Origin: Synechocystis sp. PCC 6803 substr. PCC-P
GTDB lineage: Bacteria; Cyanobacteriota; Cyanobacteriia; Cyanobacteriales; Microcystaceae
DNA: 32,000 nt
NCBI RefSeq assembly: GCF_000284455.1
Contig: NC_017039.1
Location: 270,001-302,000, forward strand
Direction of reading: 5' to 3'
A program made the translations under genes and the position numbers. Under the pieces are notes generated by a model. It searched no databases. It saw only the letters and a list, made by a program, of their open reading frames with translations, and had not been told where the DNA came from. Positions 27,493 through 32,000 of the stretch are shown piece by piece (the first letter of the stretch is position 1; each line of letters starts with the position of its first letter).

Positions 27493-27888
27493 TTAGTAAA
27501 CTCCTGGATTAATACGGTCATCGCCAGAAGTTAGCTCAATGCTTGGTTCGGTGACGGTGAAGCTACCCAAATTGGCTTCCAAGCGGCTTTTTTGGGTTTC
27601 ACTCAAACCAGGAATGTCCAAAACTTCCTCTACGGTGTCGTAGGGGGCATTTTTAATGATTTCACTGGCCAAATTGGGATAAAAGCCCCGCAGACCACGA
27701 AAATCCCGAATATCACTATTATTTAAATCAATCTTTTGACCAAAATCCGTGGTCAATTTAGCATCCACAGCGTTTAGTTCAGCCAATATAGGATTGGGAG
27801 TGAGAGCTTGGGCCAAATCCGCTCCCAGAAAACCCATCAGTCCGATCAATAAGCTACACGCAACCAGTAGGCGGGAAATAAATTTCAT
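27493..27888 (-). CDS. psbU: photosystem II 12-kDa extrinsic protein PsbU
   Basis: 131-aa ORF with ATG at 27888-27886. A signal peptide is followed by KIDLNNSDIRDFRGLRGFYPNLASEIIKNAPYDTVEEVLDIPGLSETQK. This is the helix-hairpin-helix-like PsbU core. Confidence 0.9.
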   Translation of the reverse strand: MKFISRLLVACSLLIGLMGFLGADLAQALTPNPILAELNAVDAKLTTDFGQKIDLNNSDIRDFRGLRGFYPNLASEIIKNAPYDTVEEVLDIPGLSETQKSRLEANLGSFTVTEPSIELTSGDDRINPGVY

Positions 27889-28082
27889 GAATTGTCTCCT
27901 ATAACCAAGGCAATGAATTGTTACTATCTAAGAAAATTATGCCGACTGCGCCGATTTTGGGAGGTCAAACCAGCGCTAATTACAATAGATTGTATATTCT
28001 TGGGGCACGGCTGACCATCTTCCCTGGATTGACTGAGTAATTATACTTATTAGGTTTGCGGTTGGTTTAACCGTTGGAGAGA

Positions 28083-28580
28083 TTAAATACCAATTACATA
28101 TTTTCGCCATTCATGGTTGCGGTCATTGCGAGTATGTTTAATAATTTCAAACAGCAAACTGCTGTAGGGACGCCGGGGGGTATAATTTAGGGACATTTGT
28201 GCTTCCCTAGGGGTACGATTACCCTTCTTGATGTTGCAACGCACACAGGCAGTGACCAGATTTTCCCAACTGTCTCCCCCACCCCGGGAACGGGGAATAA
28301 CGTGGTCTAGGGTGAGTTGTTCACCTTTGTAATTGCAATACTGACAGGTGTGGCGATCGCGCTCCAGTACGTTGCGGCGAGTAAGGGGGATTTCCTTGTA
28401 AGGAACCTTGATATACTGCCGCAGGCGAATCACCGACGGGAGGGGAAAATTGGCGTAGATCAGCTTGCCATTATTTTCCAAAGCTTCGGCCTTATCTTTC
28501 AGCAGTAACACCACCGCCCGTTGCCAATGGGTAATGTTTAAAGGTTCATAGGAAGCGTTGAGGACTAAAACCTTAGCCAT
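28083..28580 (-). CDS. HNH endonuclease
   Basis: 165-aa ORF with ATG at 28580-28578. The HNH/zinc motif is HTCQYCNYKGEQLTLDHVIPRSRGGGDSWENLVTACVRCNIKKGNRTP. The N-terminal 75 aa or so are uncharacterised. Confidence 0.8.
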   Translation of the reverse strand: MAKVLVLNASYEPLNITHWQRAVVLLLKDKAEALENNGKLIYANFPLPSVIRLRQYIKVPYKEIPLTRRNVLERDRHTCQYCNYKGEQLTLDHVIPRSRGGGDSWENLVTACVRCNIKKGNRTPREAQMSLNYTPRRPYSSLLFEIIKHTRNDRNHEWRKYVIGI

Positions 28581-28825
28581 GGTCTGCCATCGCTGAATTT
28601 TTTTCCCTAGATGCTAGCACAATCAGCTTTTGGGATTCAGAGGGCTGTTGCTCAGTTAGAACTTTTTTCGATTCTGCTACTAACTCCCTGGAAAAATAGG
28701 CGAGTGTCCCTGGCGGTTGGTTTTGCCATAATCCACCATAGGTGAACCCCCCAACAGCATTGAGTCAGGGGGGACAAAATAGCCAGAGCTAGGCATTAGG
28801 GAATATGGACGGAGGAAACCATCGA

Positions 28826-28975
28826 CTATTCTTCAGTACTGTTTACTAAAATCTCACCGTCAAAGGGTTGAACACCAACAGCGGGATATTCATCATCCGA
28901 AGGGCCAAAAACCCTGGCAAATGCTTCGGTGAAATATTGCATAAGGTCCTGTAGCATCTCAAGTAATTTCATCAT
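28826..28975 (-). CDS. small hypothetical protein (49 aa)
   Basis: This ORF is below the track cutoff. GGAGG lies 4 nt upstream of ATGATG (28975-28970). Translation is MMKLLEMLQDLMQYFTEAFARVFGPSDDEYPAVGVQPFDGEILVNSTEE, with TAG at 28828-26. The P.DD.YP..GVQPF motif resembles a small protein I recall as conserved in cyanobacteria. That recollection is unverified. Confidence 0.5.
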   Translation of the reverse strand: MMKLLEMLQDLMQYFTEAFARVFGPSDDEYPAVGVQPFDGEILVNSTEE

Positions 28976-29521
28976 AACCTCCGTCCCAATGGGGGAAACT
29001 CAACAGTTGTCTTTTGGGCAAGTTTGAGAAAACGGGGAGGTTTTCTGCCTCTGGTTTTATCAACCAGGACTAGGTATTAGGTAATTTATTTTCCTGCCCC
29101 CTGATCTTTCCTCTTGTTTTAATTATCCAATGAAAAACAGGTTAGATGAGGATTTCTTAATATATTGTCAAATTGGGCAAATTTTTTAGACCAGACTCCA
29201 GGGCAACTTTTTACTGCTCAATTTATTTTTTGCCCACTGGGCATATCTCCTCAGGCATTTACCACAGTTCCCTTATGGTTTTCTGACAAACACAATTTTG
29301 TTTGACCTAGGTTGAAATTTTTGTCTTAACTGCCCGGATTTTTAGATCATGTATTCACTACTAACTAGATTGAGAAATGTTGAGACTGGCCAAGCTAAAG
29401 TCTGGCAAAGTCGATTGACAGGGGGGAGAGGTATCCCCTAGGCTTAGGCTTATTTTCCGGCCTCCGGTCGACCAGCTCAGCTTGGGCAATTGATCAACAA
29501 TTCATTCCATAGAACTAATCA

Positions 29522-30883
29522 ATGCGTGTTTGTGTTATCGGAACGGGATATGTGGGTTTAGTCACTGGCGTTTGCCTGGCCCATATTGGCCATCAAGTAA
29601 TTTGTGTTGATAACAACGAGGAAAAAGTCAAGCTCATGCGGGCAGGGCAATCCCCCATCTATGAACCCGGGCTGTCGGAGTTGATGGTGGCCAATATGGA
29701 AAGCGGTCGTCTAGTATTCACTACGGATTTGGGCAAGGGAGTCCAGGAGAGTGCAATTCTTTTCATTGCAGTGGGTACTCCCGCCTTGGAGGATGGTTCC
29801 AGTGATACCCGTTATGTGGAGGCGGTGGCCCGCAGTATTGGTGAGCATCTCGATGAACAGTATCGGGTGATTGTCAATAAATCAACTGTGCCCATTGGTT
29901 CCGGGGATTGGGTGCGGATGATTGTCACCGAAGGCAATGAAGCCCATCAACAACAAACGGGTCAGGCGATCGCCGTTAACTTTGACGTGGTTAGTAACCC
30001 AGAATTTTTGCGAGAAGGGTCGGCGGTTTACGATACGTTTAACCCGGACAGAATTGTGTTGGGGGGCAATAATCCCCAGGCCTTGGCTTTAATGCGGGAA
30101 CTTTACACGCCCTTAATTGAAAGGCGGGTGGGGGAAAATCCTGAGCTGCCGCCGGTGCCGGTGGTGATGACGGACCTTAGTTCGGCGGAAATGATTAAGT
30201 ATGCGGCCAATGCTTTTTTGGCTACCAAAATTAGTTTTATTAACGAGGTGGCCAATATCTGTGACCGGGTAGGGGCGGATGTGACCCAGGTGGCCCAGGG
30301 CATTGGCTTGGATTCCCGTATCGGTAGTAAATTTCTTAATGCGGGCATTGGTTGGGGAGGTTCCTGTTTTCCGAAGGATGTGTCTGCGTTGATCCACACT
30401 GCGAAGGACTATGGTTACACCACTTCAATTTTGAATGCCGTAGTGGAGGTAAACCAGGTACAACGGCTGATTGTGGTGGAAAAACTACAGCAGGAGTTAA
30501 AAATCCTTAAAGGTAAGGTGATTGGCCTGTTGGGATTGACTTTTAAGCCGGATACGGATGATATGCGGGATGCTCCAGCCCTGAACATAATTCAACAACT
30601 AAATCGTTTGGGAGCCAAGGTGAAAGCCTATGATCCGATTGTTTCCCAGTCTGGGGTAAGCCATGGTTTATCGGGGGTAAAAATTGAGTCGACCCCGGCT
30701 ATGTTGGCGGACCAGTGTGATGCGTTAATTTTGGTGACGGAATGGCAGGAATTTTTAAAGCTAGATTTTCCTGTCCTGGCCAGCCGTATGCATCAGGCTG
30801 TGATCATTGATGGTCGTAATTTCCTCGACAAGGAAAAATTGCAAGGGGCAGGATTCCGTTACCTAGGGGTTGGTCGTAGTTAG
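29522..30883 (+). CDS. ugd: UDP-glucose 6-dehydrogenase
   Basis: 453-aa ORF with ATG at 29522. It has an N-terminal Rossmann fold (VIGTGYVGLVTG), the catalytic GGSCFPKD, and the C-terminal UDP-binding domain. Confidence 0.9.
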   Translation: MRVCVIGTGYVGLVTGVCLAHIGHQVICVDNNEEKVKLMRAGQSPIYEPGLSELMVANMESGRLVFTTDLGKGVQESAILFIAVGTPALEDGSSDTRYVEAVARSIGEHLDEQYRVIVNKSTVPIGSGDWVRMIVTEGNEAHQQQTGQAIAVNFDVVSNPEFLREGSAVYDTFNPDRIVLGGNNPQALALMRELYTPLIERRVGENPELPPVPVVMTDLSSAEMIKYAANAFLATKISFINEVANICDRVGADVTQVAQGIGLDSRIGSKFLNAGIGWGGSCFPKDVSALIHTAKDYGYTTSILNAVVEVNQVQRLIVVEKLQQELKILKGKVIGLLGLTFKPDTDDMRDAPALNIIQQLNRLGAKVKAYDPIVSQSGVSHGLSGVKIESTPAMLADQCDALILVTEWQEFLKLDFPVLASRMHQAVIIDGRNFLDKEKLQGAGFRYLGVGRS

Positions 30884-31109
30884 GGCCATATTCAGCTCAA
30901 AAGTTGATGGGGAATTAAACACCGCCAGATAAGTCCTAGTGACAATCTTGCCCAACTTCAATTCCCCCCCTATCTCCCACGGACAGTAGAAATAAACAAC
31001 GTTACAATTAGATACAATCATCGTTGTCAACCATAGGGATAAATGCCTTACCCTGGGCGTGTTTCACCATCACTGACGACGGCATAAAAATTGTCCCATT
31101 GTTTTTCCT

Positions 31110-32000
31110 ATGACCTTTGTAGCCGCTTCCATAACTGATAACCAATTCGATGTGGCGATCGCCGGGGGAGGCGTTGTGGGGCTGGTACTAGCGGCGGGTT
31201 TGCGTCATACGGGGCTGAAAATTGCCATTATCGAAGCTTTACCGAAGGAACAGGCCCTAACTAAGCCCCAGGCCTATGCCATTTCCCTGCTGTCGGGCAA
31301 AATCTTAGCGGGACTGGGGGTCTGGGAAAATATTAAGGACTCCATCGGTCATTTCGAACGCATCCAAATTTCCGATAATGACTATCGGGGTACCGTTCCC
31401 TTTGCCAAGGAAGATGTGGACGAACTGGCCCTGGGCCATGTGGCGGAGCATCCAGTCATTCTGCAGGCGCTGGAAAATTGTGTAGAGCAATGTCCCCGCA
31501 TTGCCTGGTTTCGTCCCGCTGAGTTGATCAGTTTTACGGCGGGAGAGAACCACAAACAGGTCACCCTACAACAGGAAGGCAGAGAAATTACCCTACAAAC
31601 CAAATTGTTGGTGGCGGCGGATGGAGCCCGTTCCCACACCCGTTCCCTGGCGGGGATTCAAACCAAGGGGTGGAAATATTGGCAATCCTGTGTGGCTTTC
31701 ACCATCCAGCATCAAGCCCCTGACAATACCACTGCCTTTGAGCGTTTTTGTGACACTGGTCCCATGGGGATTTTGCCCCTACCCGGCGATCGAGCCCAGA
31801 TTGTCTGGACCATGCCCCACCATAAGGCCCATACCCTAGTGAATCTACCGGAAGCGGATTTTATTACAGAACTGCGCCAACGCATTGGCGATCGCCTAGG
31901 GGAATTTCATTTAATTAATGCCCGCCGTTTATTTCCGGTGCAACTAATGCAGAGCGATTGTTATGTGCAACCCCGCTTGGCATTAGTGGGGGATGCGGCC
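31110..32000 (+). CDS. FAD-dependent UbiH/UbiF/Coq6-family aromatic hydroxylase (C-terminus lies beyond the window edge)
   Basis: This is my own translation from ATG 31110, open to the window end (297 codons), which is why it is absent from the track. It reads MTFVAASITDNQFDVAIAGGGVVGLVLAAGL...LLVAADGARSHTR...RLALVGDAA. It shows the GxGxxG, DG and GD fingerprints of class A flavoprotein monooxygenases of the ubiquinone/plastoquinone hydroxylase type. Confidence 0.8.
   Translation, partial: MTFVAASITDNQFDVAIAGGGVVGLVLAAGLRHTGLKIAIIEALPKEQALTKPQAYAISLLSGKILAGLGVWENIKDSIGHFERIQISDNDYRGTVPFAKEDVDELALGHVAEHPVILQALENCVEQCPRIAWFRPAELISFTAGENHKQVTLQQEGREITLQTKLLVAADGARSHTRSLAGIQTKGWKYWQSCVAFTIQHQAPDNTTAFERFCDTGPMGILPLPGDRAQIVWTMPHHKAHTLVNLPEADFITELRQRIGDRLGEFHLINARRLFPVQLMQSDCYVQPRLALVGDAA

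Larger units (their letters stand above)
43..31895. repeat. dispersed HIP1 octamer palindrome GCGATCGC (about 37 copies across the window; first at 43-50, last at 31888-31895)
   Basis: I counted by eye line by line, so the number is approximate. Most copies sit inside coding regions, usually as GGCGATCGCC. A random 8-mer palindrome would be expected about 0.5 times in 32 kb. Confidence 0.9.

Noticed and set aside
27324-27521. A 65-aa ORF spanning the FUSC/psbU convergent gap.
   Set aside because: It overlaps the 3' ends of both flanking genes, has no RBS, and encodes an implausible Cys/Phe-rich peptide.
1-32000. A search for CRISPR arrays, rRNA, RNase P/tmRNA/SRP-like RNAs, IS elements and long tandem repeats.
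   Set aside because: I saw no regularly spaced repeats, no rRNA-like or known structured-RNA sequence, and no transposase with inverted repeats on reading either strand.

Overview
This window reads as ordinary chromosome from a unicellular cyanobacterium. Gene content (psbU, ndhD, futA-type iron-binding protein, menG, crtD-like desaturase, ycf19) fits that. I also counted about 37 copies by eye of the HIP1 octamer GCGATCGC, where roughly 0.5 would be expected by chance. The proteins look like Synechocystis sp. PCC 6803 or a very close relative; that is recognition from memory, not a database hit. I support about 33 protein-coding genes (two run off the window ends), one tRNA-Thr, two small ORFs below the ORF-track cutoff, and a few candidate regulatory sites. 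Most genes are housekeeping: pheA, cofH-like radical SAM, birA, menG, icd, ndhD, trmD, pfkA, psbU, ugd and a ubiH-like hydroxylase. Small accessory pockets sit between them. These are a BrnT/BrnA toxin-antitoxin pair upstream of icd, a Uma2-family and an Rpn/DUF4351-family nuclease-like gene downstream of icd, and a stand-alone HNH endonuclease. I see no CRISPR array, rRNA, IS element or prophage. I cannot point to a convincing new multi-gene system. The best leads are listed here. (1) A cupin gene is split by a single in-frame TAA. (2) A membrane-anchored protein with at least 8 tandem helical repeats of about 45-50 aa is followed by an uncharacterised 355-aa protein. (3) A 940-bp gene-poor gap holds a 49-aa ORF with a strong Shine-Dalgarno and a cluster of GGGCAA motifs. 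(4) A 57-aa two-helix ORF is packed 1 nt from a non-ATG trmD start. (5) A diguanylate cyclase lies next to a stand-alone SpoT-type HD hydrolase. Several track ORFs begin at TTG; I trimmed them to better-supported ATG starts where the sequence allowed.
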